Assembly: GCF_009914755.1 (NCBI RefSeq)
Contig: NC_060930.1
Direction: 5' to 3' (one strand)
DNA length: 64,000 nucleotides
Source: the human T2T-CHM13v2.0 reference genome, Homo sapiens
Below the pieces are notes generated by a model. The model saw only the letters and a program-made list of their open reading frames with translations, did no database searches and was not told where the DNA came from. A program made the position numbers and the translations under genes. Every line of letters begins with the position of its first letter. Positions within the stretch are counted from its first letter, which is position 1. Positions 44,901 to 59,614 of the stretch are shown here, in pieces.

Positions 44901-47900
44901 AAATGAATTAAAACTCTATCCCCAAGTTTCAACAGTTTACTCCTAGTCTAACTTTAGATCAAAGATAAGACTAAAACCTAAGAATCTGATGAACTTTGAG
45001 TCCCACCTAAACCAAGTTTTAATTTTTTTACCGAGTCATCATATTTTAAGTAAAGCCCCATGCATGTATACAAACAGACTCGCAAATTCAAAATGAGAGC
45101 CTCAGATTCAAACCAAGTCGGGTATTATTTACAGTTATTTCATTGGGTTATCAAAGTATTTTCTGAATTGGCCAGGCATGTTGACATGTGCCGGTAGTCC
45201 CAGCTATTCGGGAGGCTGAGGCAGGAGGATTGCTTGAGCCCAGGAGTTGGAGTCTGGGCTGGGCAACATAGTATTCTCTGAATGGAACAGACCTGCACTG
45301 CTATATAATTTGCTTCAAGTCTTTGTTGGTCAGAAAAACCTCTAATCATTCTGAGCAACATCCTTCCTGGTTGTTCTTGTCCCAAGTGGGGTCCCTGGAT
45401 GGGCACAGGGATTTATCAGACAGACAAGGGTCAGAGGCTCACCCGGCGGCCAAAGGCTCATCTCGAAGTCTAAGCAATGCACTTGATGAGTGGTGGGAAG
45501 CAGTATGGTAGCGGAGATTCTGAGAGCTGCTGCAGGAAGTGGAGCAAACCACATGTTCTTTCTGGATGACAGGTAGGTAAGGGAGGGTGCAGGACGGCAG
45601 CTCGAGGTCCCTGGGTTCATGGGATCAACAATCCCAGCCTGGGATTCTTCTCACTCATTCTTGATCTCCAGCCCCAACACTTCCCTGACCTTTGAGTGTC
45701 CTTATCTCTGTCTCTAGGAGCTCATGGTCACGTTCGGCCTTGGGAAGCCACGGATCTGCGGTGGGTGTGGGGAGCCTCCCTGGGACTAGGAGCACTATCT
45801 GGAAGCCAAGCCCAGGCTCCAGTTCCTTGATTCCAGGGCCAGCTCTCTTCCCACTGCAGCAGAGAAGCGGGAACTGTGCAATTCAGCAAGAGCCACTTTG
45901 GTTAACAAACCTTCTGGGAATGAAGGTGCTTTACAAAGAAGCAGGCTGTGATAAAAACAAACAAGACAACATTCATAAACTGTGGGAAGCATTGTTGTCA
46001 TTGGGTCACACCTCCTGCACCAGGCAGGTGGTTGTCTGCTGCGTTCCTTTACAGAACAGATGCTGAGCCTGCCTGGAGGTGGCAATTTACCAATCGATGG
46101 TCTTAAGCAATTCCAAAGGCTGGGGTAAGGGGTAGAAAAGAGAAGCTCAAAAATGTTAGGGATGGAGAAGGGGGGAGTGATTCAGGAAGAGGAGAAACCT
46201 GTTCATTTCCTCCCAAATTACAACCACTGTCACATCCATGGCTAGTCCTGTGCAAACTTCCAGTCCCCAGCTGATATCCCTGCAGACAAGTAGAGAGAGG
46301 CTAGAACAAAAGCTAAAGTGTAGATGTCCCATACACTAATCAGTGTTGTTTTTTAATCAGAGGTTGAAATTCATACTCTGATGCAAACTGTATTAGTCAG
46401 TTGTTGCTGCTATGATAACACTGCATAACAAACAACCCCCCAAATCTCAGTGGATTACAAGGACAAACATTTGTGTTTCTCTTTCATGGGCCTATGTGTT
46501 GGCTGGGATAGCTCTATTTAGGCTGCAGGCTGGGTTAAGTCTGCTCCAGGACCCTTTCATTCTAGGAACGGCAGTGATGCCAGACTTGCTCTTCTCCTGG
46601 AGCTTGGGTGGGTGTACGCATCAGCCTAGCTTTCCTCTGCTAGCCTTGGCTCTCCTCCAGTAAGGGTTCCGTGGTCATCCGACTCTGGATTGTGTCACTG
46701 GCCTCAAAATGAAGAGACAGAGTGAGAAATTGAGAGGCTGCCTACAGGCTACAAATGGAGAAGGAGGACTCCATCCTGCCCCCAAATCCTCCAAATTCCT
46801 ACCAAGTCTGTGAGATGCCCCAAGTTTCCACCATAAAAGATCCTTTTCTTTGAGTTTCTATGGAATTTCCCCCATTCCGATGTGAATGTAATAATATAGC
46901 TACAACTTACATAGTACTTACGTGCCCAGCACCATGGCACAGAGAGGTTAAGTAACATGCCCGAAGCTACACAGTTGGTAGGTGGCAGAGCCAGGATCCC
47001 AATTCAGGTTATCTGTCACCAGTGTCTTGATGTTCCAACTTAGTGATACAGCCTACGAGGGTGGTGGGAGCACTGGGGTGGGAGTCAGAAGTCACAGGGG
47101 TTAGCACTGGTTTCTCTATTCTGGCAAGTTACTTTACTTAGTGGGAGTTTCAGTTTCTCTCTATAACATTCACCCTGCCTTCAACCCATGGTTATTTGGG
47201 ACTTAACTGAGAAGCTGAATGTGGAAGCATCCTGTGTAATTCTGGTTAACAAGACATGTCAGAACCTTATGACCAGTGCCCAGGCCTGTGTGGGACATTT
47301 GGGAGGGTCCCGGGGCAGTGTGTAGGACTGGGGCACCAAGAGAAAGGAGCAGAGAGAGGGTATCTGAATGCATGGTTCTGCCTAGGAGCTTTTAGGAATG
47401 CAGATTCTTGGGCTCACCCTGCACCTACTGAATCGGAAATGGGGCTGGGGCCCAGCGGTGTGTATTTCACATAGTCCACCAGATGACTGATGCACGCTGG
47501 AGTTTGAGAACCACTGGATTACTATGGAATAGAAGCACAGAGGAGAGGCAGCTAATTCACTCTGTTAGCTTGGGGATCTCAGGGAACCTGGTGGAGGTGT
47601 GGAAGATGAGCAGAAGTTAGTCAGACTGAGGATAAGGGTGTGGGAGGGTATTCCAGGCACACGGGATGGCCCAGAACAAGGAAATAGTCTATGCAAGCAG
47701 TTAACTGCAGTTGCAAGGATGGAGGTAGCGGAGAGGCCTGGAAGTGAACTTGGAGATGTGGTGGAAGGTAGGTCAGGCTGCCTTGGATGACCGGCTAATG
47801 AGGCTGGACTTCCCGTGTGGTGCTGCAGAGTCATTGCAGGGTCTAAGCAACAGAATGATAGATTTGAAAATTACGGAGATTTTAAAATTATCCAAGAATG

Positions 47901-48084
47901 TACAAGTCCACATCCCAGCATTTCTCTGGGCTCGGCAAGTGTCTTCCTCCAATTTCCTAGAGAGGGCAAGTAACTTGCCCCAAGTGACACAGGAGGTGGA
48001 GGCAAGTCTTGGAAGTGAGGTCTTCTGATTCTCCCTTTTGTCTCCCTTCTTTTCACCTGTTCTTCCTCGGCTTCTCCTATCCAG

Positions 48085-48208
48085 GTCTGCTCCCTGCCCA
48101 CTCAACTTCCCTCTGCTCTCCACTTCTGAGACAGTTTGGGTCACCTACAGACCTCATCCCAGCCGGATCCAGGAATGCTGCCCTGAAGTGTGGAATTCCT
48201 TAGGATGA
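48085..48208 (+). CDS. PNPLA1: PNPLA1 alternative terminal exon 9 (572-aa isoform)
   Basis: Long polypyrimidine tract then ccag|G; joined to donor CA|GTGAGC at 44034/44035 it gives in-frame Q-SAPCPLNFPLLSTSETVWVTYRPHPSRIQECCPEVWNSLG-stop. Confidence 0.8.
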
Positions 48209-50337
48209 CCTTGGAAGGCAGATACTGCCTGTCCTGTTCTGGGATGCTGTGGTGACTCCTGGGTCTCATTGATCCAGCTCCTTTTATTCTCCCACCTTCC
48301 CTTCCTGGTCATAGTCAAGGTCAACACTAGCCCAGGCAGTACCTTTTATACTAAGAAAATAGCACCTCTTCCTGGAGAACCTGACTACCAGCCGCTGGAA
48401 AATTGTCATAATATGCTGATTTTGTTAGAGCAAGACACTTGACTGACAACTGCTAGAAAACTACAAAGAACATGCACAGACATGCATAAGTCTGCGAATC
48501 GCCTACCCCTTTTATATGGCACTGTACCCTTGTATAGTGTAAAATCTGCACAACTGTACTCAGCCATCCGGAGACCACTTCAGCCCCATCCCCTTCCTAA
48601 AAAAACAAGTATCAGTTGAACTTTCATACATGGAATGATGTTTCAAACACCCTTTTATCACCTCCCACTGGAGATTACATTTGCAAGCAGCAAAAGACCC
48701 CTGTGTAATGAAATGAACCCCCTAACTGGCTTTTGGTGTAGCTTGAGATTTCCAATTTCCATGCATTGGCTATAACAGGCCTGGCTACCTGCTGAGGGTT
48801 GCCCAAGGTGTATGAACCTGTAAGGGTGATCCCCGGTGGAACTAAGGTTAGGGAAGTCCTAGATGGGGGATTTCCTAGGAAGCTGTGAGCCGAGAGAGAG
48901 AACGGGAGCTGGAACGGGAGAGAACCTGAGGACCCTGAGGCCAAGCCTGCTTCTCACTGCTGTCCGGCACACTCCCCTGACTCTGGGCCCTTTTGAGGAC
49001 CAGGGGCAACACCTATTCCCAGCCCCGATGGTGCACAAGATCTGTTTCCCTTCCAGGGTGAGCATCTCAGCTTCCTGCGATCCTTTCAACCCTTCCACTA
49101 CCCTACTCTGGACAGACTGATGGATGCCAGCACTGATCGGCACTCATGGACCTTCCTCTCAACCTTGGCCTGAGCTTGCTTCTTTGAGATGAGCCAGATC
49201 ATTTCTAGTCTCCCCAGGATCCTGTCCAAGGGCAAAACTCTTGGGGGCCCAGCAGGACTGAGCCAACGACACGCTTCCTCTTTCTTGTGGTGGCAGGAGC
49301 CCAAGTTCTGGTTGTTTGGTTTTTAATTCTTACAGTGTACTAACGGCTTGGCCTGAGCTGGTCACTGGAATCGCTGGCTGAATTTGGTCAGGCAGCCCAG
49401 GCATTGAGATCTTTAGAGCTCCCCCGGGATTATGTGGTGCTGTGGTGTTGAGACAGGCTGCCCTGGAGTCCTGGGTGGCTGTAGAGGAAGAAGGAGGCCA
49501 AATGTCCCTCCCCTGCAGCCAACACAAATGAGGGCTCTCTGTCTGCTGTTCACACCTCAGTGAAAATGTTCCGTGAGGAGGACAACTTCAGCCTCAATTT
49601 TTCCAGCCTGTCCAGAAAATAATTGCCCCCCTCCTCCCCAGAGAGCAGACAACCTCCAGGTCCCGCCAGGCCCAGCAAGGAAGCCCCAGCTGCCCACAGG
49701 CCTCAGGTACATTTGCTTACCAAATCCTGAAATGCAAAACCCAGAATGAATGGGTGGAGGACCATACTAAACTGCCCTTTGGAGCCTGAGGAGACCATAT
49801 GCAAATTTAAGCCTGGTGGGGCTGGGGATTTAGAGGGTTGGGGCTTGGCTGCGGCAACAGACCCCACTTAACACAGCCATTCCAGGGAACAAAATGTACT
49901 TTTGAGACCCTGAAAATGGTCAAAGTCCCAGGGGTCTTGCATCCTCTGCCTACTCTGGTTGATCTGTGGCCACACCAGTCAAAGGAAGCAGCTGGAGGTG
50001 TGTACTGTGGGGGAGACTGACTAGAGAGGCCCGCCCGGCCGCAGGCCTTTCTTCCAGGAGTGGCCTCCATGTTTGCAGAAGCCTGAGGCCTGGGAAACTA
50101 GGGGGAGGAGAGTGTCCTCTCTTGCACAGCCCAGGAATGCTTGTTCCCTGGGACCCAAGGAAGACTCGAACTTAATCATAATTATTGTTTTAATTCAAAG
50201 TCTGTATTTAGAGCCCAGATGCTCTTAATGTCAATTATGTTAAACTATTAATACATCCTCTTGCATACTTCCCTTCACTTGGTTTAATTATTTTTCTTGT
50301 TTTGAGGTAATTAAAATAATTGTTCTTACATTAGTTT

Positions 50338-50505
50338 CAGAGTTGCCAGATAAAATAGAGGACATTTTGTTAAATTTGAATTTCAGATAAACAATGAATA
50401 ATTATTTAGTAGGAGTACGTCCTCAATATTGCAATTATTTGTAATTTTCTGAAATTCAAATTTAACTGGGTCTCCTGTATTTTTATGTGCTAAATCTGGC
50501 AACCC
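50338..50505. mobile_element. MER53 palindromic DNA-transposon derivative
   Basis: Inverted ends gttgccagat...atctggcaac and inner inverted repeat gttaaatttgaatttcaga / tctgaaattcaaatttaac. Confidence 0.8.
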
Positions 50506-51456
50506 AAATTAGCTTCTGTCTCCTTTTTCTCTTTTTTTTTTTCTGATCAACATGAACGAATTGTTACATGTCAGCCACTGTGCTTTGAAACTGGGAGGCC
50601 TCACTTGTGCCCGGGGCAACACCAGAATGCTGTCTTTTCTTCCAGGCAGCACCTCTGACTGATACCCACAGCACAACCCCGCTGTAACCCAGCTAACACC
50701 TCCAGCTCAACCAGTTCTCAGCTGACCCCATTATCTCTGACTCACCCACTTAGGCTTCTGACTTCTCAGAGGGAGGGAATTAGGTTAATTATGTTGTAAT
50801 GTTACTTGCCCACCTTTTTAAAGCCATGCAAAGCAGCAGGACCTCTATGCACCCCAGTGCTCTTGTAAAAACCATCTGTGTTGCTCTACATACTTGCCAG
50901 CACTTGGGGGAAAAAGACCAAAAACATCTATGGTGGGAGTTGAGGGGCCCCACCCCTCCACAGCACCCTCACAGGGTGCCCTATATTCATATTGGCACAA
51001 AAGCCCCATAACCAGTGGGGCCTGTGAGCATCCTGTGGGCAGGGGTTTTGTCTTTTGCATTTGTGCATTCCACACAGTTAGCATCAGAGCTGGTACATAG
51101 TAAGTGCTCAATAAACATTGGTTGAATAAATGAACTACTGGATTAGATCATAACTGGAGGGAAGGGCACTAAAATAGGAGTTATCAGAGCCTGCTCCTGG
51201 CTGGGTTCTGTCTGTATCTGGCTGTGTGACTGTGAACAAGGTGCTTCCCTACTCTGAGCCTCTGTTTCCTCATCTGTGAGAGGAGGATAATAATGCTGCC
51301 TCCTCCTGCTCTCCTTGGAGCATTAGGGTGAGCCTTCAGGGGTTGAGGAACAGATACTCTTGTGTCACCTGAGAGAGGAGAAAGGACATCATCAATGTCT
51401 GTTCTTGGAGACATTTTATGGACCAAAAACCTAGCGCTGTATTCTAACAATTTTTT

Positions 51457-51669
51457 TAAAATTATTATTATCCTTTAAGTTTTAGGGTACATGTGCACAA
51501 TGTGCAGGTTAGTTACATATGTACACTGTGCCACGCTGGTGTGCTGCACCCATTAACTCATCATTTAGCATTAGGTATATCTCCTAATGCTATCCCTCCC
51601 CCCTCCCCCCACCCCACAACAGTCCCCAGAGTGTGATGTTCCCCTTCCTGTGTCCATGTGTTCTCCTTG
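51457..51669 (-). mobile_element. 5'-truncated L1PA (L1PA3-like) 3' end
   Basis: tttagggtacatgtgcacaatgtgcaggtt...ctatccctcccccctccccccacccc; 14-nt TSD tctaacaatttttt at 51443 and 51670. Confidence 0.9.
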
Positions 51670-52096
51670 TCTAACAATTTTTTATCTTGGCTCTGAGTGA
51701 CAGAATTTAAGCACCAGATTTGGGGGACTAATAAGAGACAAGGTGGAATCAGTACTGCTCCCGATTTTCCTGGACATGCAATGAACTGTCACATTGAGAG
51801 TCACTGAGTTGTAGAATGTCAGGTCTGGAGGGCAAGTATCTTGTCCCCAGGGTCACCCAGCCTGGGGGCAGCTGGATTAAAACCCAAGTCTTCTGACACC
51901 CAGCCCAGGACACTTTTTTACTGCATCAGAGAGCTGGCGCTCCAAGGATGGGACACCTGGAGGGGATCCAGGCAGGGACAAGGAGGCCAACCCACACAGC
52001 CTTGCAGGCACCAGACAGTCATAGATGTGGCAGGTGGGTATCTGTCTTGCTTCCATGGTGAATAACCCAGATCACAGGTTTGTGCAAGTTAATGTA

Positions 52097-52102
52097 TTTA
52101 TT
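52097..52102 (-). terminator. BNIP5 poly(A) signal
   Basis: AATAAA on the minus strand about 1.6 kb past the BNIP5 stop. Confidence 0.6.
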
Positions 52103-53677
52103 TGCTCAAATAACACGGTACAAAAATGAGACTCAGATGCCAGCATCAGGAGCACATACCAAATACTCATAGGGCTTAAAGAACATCATTCCAAATAAGA
52201 AACTATGTACAAAAGGTTCCTGACCTTCATTTCATAACTTATTCTGATCCTTCATATTTAGGTGCTATGATTGTGAACACTGCCTAAAACAAATCCACAA
52301 ATAGCTCACCTCTCCCCCACTTCTCAGAAGCAGCAATAAAAACTAAATGGCTTTCCGGATAGGCTGAGTTGAGCTTATGAAGCCAGTGCCTCAGGTTGGA
52401 GGCCAGTCCCATATAAGCACCCAGGGCCTCTCCGCTCTAGACTGCTCCTCCTCCCCAGTCCTACCCCATGGTGCGACAGCAGGTTCAACACGGCAATACC
52501 ATGTCCCCAAGGGTCACAAGATCTCACTTGCCATCCAGGTTTAACACCCTTTCCCCCATGACCACATGTTCTGGGCAGTGTCCAAGGGAGCCGACTGTCT
52601 GTCTACAGTCTTGTCCTTCCTGCACATAGATATGAACATGTGGCAAATTTCACACCTGAGTCAAGCTATTGAAACTGTTGAGCTATACAGAAGGCAGAGC
52701 CTCTGGCACCCCCACACTTCACCTTTGTGCAAATACAAAAAATAGCCCTTTTCTCAAGACATGTTACTGCTACCAGCTGCAAAACTGTCATGATAAATCT
52801 ACAAATCCACAATGTCTAGGACATGAATAGTACCTCCTGGAGTATGGTGCTCTTGAGCAGTGCACCCCTGTGCAACAATCCATGGCAGTCCAGCCCATTG
52901 AAGCCCTCCTCCACTTCCTGAAAACTACCCAAAAGAAGCTATAGTGCCTACATGGACATGGCACTAGGTAATTTTCAGAACTCTTCACATCCATTTTCTC
53001 ACTGACTCCTAGCCAATCCCATGAGATGGGAGAGGTGCAAGGTATCAGCTCCATTTCTCTAGTCATAGAATGACAGGACACAGGGTTAGAAGGATTCTGA
53101 GAGACCAAGTGTCCCCAGTCTCTAGGTTTTTCCATCTTGGGCCTGCAGAGTTCCTGGGAGGCATCTACAAATCCATATGAGCATGAAGAACTACTGGTCA
53201 ACTGAAGAAATGATGGGATACACTTCGATGCATATCTGTTTGGATGCATGTGGATGTTCTGTTTAGAGATTAAATAAAAATTTAGTTTAAAAACTAGACT
53301 CAGTTAACATGAACATCTGAGAAAATATCAGTAGGCCTTCTGGGTGGGATCCTAGACTCCAAAGTCTGGAGAGGAGGGGGAATGTGTAGAGGGTCATGCA
53401 GCAAGTCTGGGGTAGGTTCAGCAGGTAGAGCCCCAGTCTTCCTCATTCCCAGTCCAGTGCTGATTTCCCCAGACATGGCCTCTGTGTCTTGCCTTGTGGA
53501 AGAATGCTCTGTGCTTCTCAGATACTAGGGTATGGACACAGAATGATTGTCTGCTCTTGTCTTCCATCACGTTTGTGAAGCAGGGATTGGGACATCACAG
53601 AGCATCTTCAGGGTCTCCTGGCTAAAGCTGCGAACCATTTGGCTAGTTCAAGGGAATTTGAGTGCAAGACACAGCTT

Positions 53678-53713
53678 TCAATCTGGACTTTCAACCTTAG
53701 GACTTGTGATGTT
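53678..53713 (-). CDS. BNIP5: BNIP5 last coding exon
   Basis: tctttttctcttcccag|AAC; NITSPKVESPD then TGA; 36 nt. Confidence 0.87.
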   Translation of the reverse strand, partial: NITSPKVESPD

Positions 53714-54617
53714 CTGGGAAGAGAAAAAGAACATAGGTGTTAGCCACAGCTCAATTATTTATGGGTTCATTCTGGAAACAACAGACTTCCCATTATCCCA
53801 TTGACACCCCACCCCAGCCTCCATCTCTGGGTCTTTGTTCTTGCAACACCTCCTGCTGACACTGTTCTCCTGATCCTTTCTCCCCAGACAGCCTCCCCAT
53901 TCTCAAAGGTCAAAATCAGCAACTCCACCTCCTGGAAGGCTCCCAGGACCTACTTGCTTCATGGGCCTCAGCTACCACTCATTTGGTATTTGGTTGCTAT
54001 TTAATTTTGTCATCAAACTGTTGTCTTTTCCATTGGCAGATGAAGCCTTTGAAGGCAGAACCTTCCACAGAGCCTCACAGCCCTTTGCACAACTAAGCAC
54101 ATAGGAGGCTGTCAATAGCTACCAGTTAAATGAATGAATGAATGAATGAATGAATGGTTAGTAAAACCAGAAGATGGAGTCAGGGCAACTGAGGATGTCA
54201 GAACTGATGTTTCTATAATATCTTTCACGAATAACTCAGATCGATCTGTAAGCTATTACCTAAGCCACCCTAGAGGGCAAATTATCTGTAACATTCCTAT
54301 TCTCTAGGAGAAGACAGTGAAGCCAAGGAGAGAGAGAGGTCCATGGTAAGGAGGATTTCTGACCAGGAAAATGAACCGAAGTAGAGGAGAGCATTTGAAT
54401 GACAAGATACAACTACCATGAAATAAGCCAGCTCTCTTGAGAGACTTTTCAAATGGCTTCTAAAGGTAATTCCAAGAAAGACAGAAGTGTTTCGGGTGAT
54501 AGTAGCATCATTGCAAAAGGTTTCCCAGGGGACCACTTGGATGTAGAAGTTCCGGTCCTGTTTGTCCAACACCAGCAAACAGAACATTTCATTCCTCTAA
54601 AGTTACACCTTCATTCA

Positions 54618-55053
<436 letters not shown>

Positions 55054-55677
55054 TCAGTGACAAGCATCATCTCTGAAGGGAATATCTCAGAGACTTGGGG
55101 GAGGCGAAATTATTAGGAAAAGCATAAATGCACTCAGAACAGTGAAGGTGACGGCAGGAGAGAGGCTGTTCATTAAGCAACCAAGGCCAGGTCAGTGAGT
55201 GATCGCCTCCTGGAAGCCTTCCAGAACCAACAGCCCATGGAGCCTTCTTGTCTATCTCAGCCACCCCTTATTTGATAGATAACCTTACTTTGTTATTTAC
55301 ATTTTATGACAGCCTAGAATTGAGAAGCCAAGCAACAGAGCCCACAAAATAATAACAAGGCAAGCTAAGATCGTAGCCAGTCCAATATGCCATTCTATCA
55401 AAAAGCATGGAAATGTACATGTAATTGAAGACTAGAGCCAAATAAACAAGATGTTAATTATGGAGTAAAATCAGTGAGGTTTCAGAAAAGAAAAAGGTTG
55501 TCATGGTTTAGAATTGTCTCAGAAGGCCTCAGTGAGGAGGTGACATTTGAGATAGACCCAAAAATTCTGAACTGAGCAGGGGAGGGGAGAGGAGGATAAG
55601 TAGATCCCACTGGAGGCCAGCTGTGAGCCTGCTGTCACTCATGCTACATTGCCATTGTCTTCCCCGCCCTCTCTCAC

Positions 55678-55932
55678 CGGCTGGTCCTCCCTGTATGGGA
55701 ACTGGGTGCAATTGTAGTGGTCTCTTAGGCCCATGAGGATGCACATGGCATGGCTGTTGCTGCCAGCAAATTTGTTAGCTAAGCTAACGTCAAACTGGTA
55801 GAGTCTCCTGGCGCGGTTCCTGTCCAGCTTAGAGGAGTGAGCCACCTGGCTGCGCAGGGTGGCTACCAGCTTGCTGAGGGAGGAGTCCGAGAACTCGTAA
55901 AAAAACCTCTTAAAGCTGGGGTGGCGCCTGAT
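55678..55932 (-). CDS. BNIP5: BNIP5 penultimate exon (helical Bcl-G-like segment)
   Basis: cacttccag|ATC ... CCG|GTGAGA; 255 nt, phase 0-0; [23 protein letters not shown]...[26 protein letters not shown]. Confidence 0.92.
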
Positions 55933-56489
55933 CTGGAAGTGGAAATGAAAACAGGTCATTAGTGTTGCTGGCAGTACCCCTCCCGCCAACTGCCCCTCCC
56001 ACAACTCCATGCAGCCAGGCGGGGCACTCCTTGTCCCTGGGATGAGCTCCCCTTGTTACATCCCTCCACTGCCCCTAGCCTCTCAGAATCTGTTCTGCGA
56101 GGTCCAGCTCAAAGCAGCAGGACAAAGTAGAGGGCAAGGGTGGAAGTACAGGTCTTTAGACTCAGATAATTCAGAAGCAAACACCCCACAGAGTCTTCTC
56201 GTCTACCCTAGCCATTCCATATTTGACAAATAATCATACTTTATTATTTAAATGTATAACAGTCTAGAATTGGGATGCTTAAGTTGCACTTACTATGTGT
56301 GTGAGCCTCTGGTCATCCATAAAATGTAAAGTATCCACCCAACCCCAGGATTGCTGGGCGGGGATTGGAGGGGTGGGGAATGAAATGAGAGAATTTATAT
56401 AAAATGTTTAGTACAGGAATGTTTAGTACAGATGTTAGAGGAATTTAATTCCTTCTAAGCCTCCTCCAACAAGCTCCTTTCTCTTAATA

Positions 56490-56920
56490 ACTAAATGGGT
56501 TCCCCAGAGGCAGACCCAGACACAAGGACTTGGGTACAGGCATTTTATTCATTAAATGATCCCAGGAAATGCTAATGGAAGAATGAGACCTGGAACAAGA
56601 ATGGGAAGGCGGCCCAGGGGGTGGCAACTGGAGCTTAATCCACTCAGGGCACCTTGGGAGCTCGCTGAGAGCACATTCCTCAGTTATACCCCACAAAGGC
56701 AAGGGAGCTGGGGTCTCTATCCACCAACTCCCACCAGCCATTGGTTGAGGGTTGCTCATGGGGAAGTGGAGGCTGTTAATTCTGCCCCCCACATGAGTTG
56801 CAAAATGGCCCTGGGTCCTCAGGCACAAGGAGGCAGGTGCTGGCAGCTGGATGGGCCAGCGTGCACTCTGGTGGTGAAGAGAGGCACCCAGAGCGTCCGC
56901 TATGCTGATTACTCATCTTT
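56490..56920 (-). mobile_element. LTR33-like ERVL LTR remnant
   Basis: ttccccagaggcagaccc...caaggac...tttatt...gatcccaggaa motif. Confidence 0.5.
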
Positions 56921-57476
56921 AACCTGACCTCTTCACATGTGATCTGTGTTTGTCTCTCAAAGTAGGCTGTGTTTTCCAAGGGTGGGGAACCTTCTGTTAC
57001 AGACTGCCTATCAGGGGAGAAAATCAACAAGCTTGAAAGAATGAGAGACCACATAAATGCTGAAGAGCACGGCAAGACCGAGAGTGAACCCGGAGACCAC
57101 AGGGAATGGAATCAGCCGGGCGGGTGGGGCCAGGAGTGGCCAGGTGTGGGCGGAGGAGGCTTCCAAGGACGGGGGACATGAGCCGAACTTCAATAGCTGA
57201 TTTGGACAGGAGTGGTCCTGGCTGGGGCAGGGAGGCCACATGAGCGTTGTGTTATTTTAAACAGTTCCCTCATCTGCTACATGTCTGGCGTTTTCTACAT
57301 ATGCACTAAGCTTGGTCAAGTAGGTAATTCTCTCTCATTTTGGAAAAGAGGAAACCGAGACTCAGAGAGGTTAAGGGACATGCTCAAAGTTGCCCAGAGG
57401 TGCAGACTTGGGGATGGAACCCAGGTGGGTAGATGAGGCCCTGGGGTTGGCCTGGGGAGGGCTGAGTGGTACTCAC

Positions 57477-57541
57477 CTGCTGCCCCAGTTGGCCATCCAC
57501 TTCTTGGAGAAGTGCCACAAGCTTCTGGATGATGATCTCCT
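57477..57541 (-). CDS. BNIP5: BNIP5 exon, cassette 3a (BH3-like helix)
   Basis: tttccttag|AG ... CAG|GTGAGT; 65 nt, phase 1-0; K-EIIIQKLVALLQEVDGQLGQQ. Confidence 0.9.
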
Positions 57542-57971
57542 CTAAGGAAAAGAAAGGAGGATTGAGTGACTGTTGACTGGGTGATGCCCAGTTCCCTTCC
57601 AAAAACAAAGTGCTGCAACAATACATCCACCTGTGAAAGACAATATTTTCTCTCTAAAACTCAGCACACACGTTAGTTATGATGGACCCAGACAATTCTT
57701 ACCTTAAACTAGAGCTGGAGTATGAGAGACTTGTTTGGGTTCCCTTTACAGAAATAGAAGGGACTCTGGTTTGCTGGGCCTCACCTGTAACCACATTCAG
57801 CTTCATTTGATAGGTGGGAAACTGAGGCCTCCCAGTGTCCCTTATCCAGGCTACAGGGTAGCACAGTCAAGAATGGGAGTTTGGACGAGGAGCAGCACAT
57901 CAGAATGCAGGGAGGGGACATGCCAGGGCTACTGACCCATTAGGAATGCACCCATCCACCTGTGTTCTAAG

Positions 57972-58338
<367 letters not shown>

Positions 58339-58632
58339 CTTATGAGACCCGGAGCAAGCTAGGAATTTCATATGAAACATTCAAGCAAACGAATGGGGGT
58401 GTTAATTATATTCCACAGGATAGACAGGTGTCCTCTACCTGCAACTCTGCCCCAACAGCACCAGTTTAAAGGCCAAGCCTGTGCCCCCTGCCCCATCCTA
58501 GAGTCTCCTGGGGTCTTTGCCTGCTGCCTTCCCCATTCCTTCCTCAGAACCATCCCCTATTCAGCCTGTGAACTCCATGTGGAAGAGAAGCACCCGGGAA
58601 GCTGTCCAGGTAAGAGCAGGGGTGTTACTGAC

Positions 58633-58764
58633 TAGATTCACATGCTCCACTCAGCTGAGGTGCCCCTTCTGGCGTGTGGCCTCTAGCCTGGGAGGGTGCT
58701 TCTGAGATCACAACTGGCTCCCCTTCTGCGGGCAGGGGCTCCCGGCACTCGAGATCTTCTGGAT
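58633..58764 (-). CDS. BNIP5: BNIP5 exon, cassette 2c
   Basis: tttttttgccctag|AT ... A|GTCAGT; 132 nt, phase 1-1; [24 protein letters not shown]...LSGACES. Confidence 0.9.
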
Positions 58765-59585
58765 CTAGGGCAAAAAAAGAGTTGTTGAGTGTTTTGCAGA
58801 GAGCTGAATCTAGTTCCTGACAAGAAGCTGTTCGGAGGCACAGGCATAAGCAGGGGCTGGTTTCCAGGCTCCTCGGTGAGTTTCCTGCCCCCGGCTCTGC
58901 CTCAGAGGAGTTCGTGGTGCACTCCTGGCCTTCTCCAGAAACCTAACTTTCGCCCACCAACCCTTTCTGCCTCCTCAGTCTGGGAGGGGCGCAGTTAAAA
59001 CAGGTGTGCCAGCAGGGCCCACCAAATGAACCCTTTCCCTCTGCCAGGTTTTCTGGGTCACTTAGCCTGTCTGAACCTCACTTTCTCCATCTGTTAAGTG
59101 GGAGTGATAAGATTGACCTCACAGGGTTGCAAGCAGGTTAAATGAGATAATATGTGTGAAACTAGCAGGTAGTAGGCACTCTGTGATGTCAGGGGAATTA
59201 CTGTACACCAGTGGCCCTCAGGCTTTGGTGTAGTGAAAAAACAGGCCCAGGCCATCTCCTACTTCATCAAACCCAGTTCTCTGTGCTTTTCTATGAACTG
59301 GCCAGGTGATTCTGATGCACAGCGGCACGGATCTCCCATCACATTTGTTGTTAAGTGTTTGTGTGTGGAGAGGGAGGGGAGGGCGTGTGCAGTGAGCAGG
59401 GCCTACTGGGGGTGGGGTCCTGCTGGCACCTGGACCCTCACCTCTCCCCACACTTCCACACCCCCCACTCTACTCAGCATGGAAAGACACAGTCAGGGCT
59501 TTCAGCAACAGTGGACATCCTCCACTATGCCAGCCTGTCAACGACAGACAGGCCACACAGCAGCCTTGCCCAAGAGGAAGCCTCT

Positions 59586-59599
59586 GTTACCATGGCAAC
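59586..59599. promoter_or_regulatory. RFX X-box motif in BNIP5 intron (cassette 2)
   Basis: GTTACCATGGCAAC, 15 nt past the cassette 2b donor. Confidence 0.55.
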
Positions 59600-59614
59600 A
59601 CCAGGCCTGCTCAC

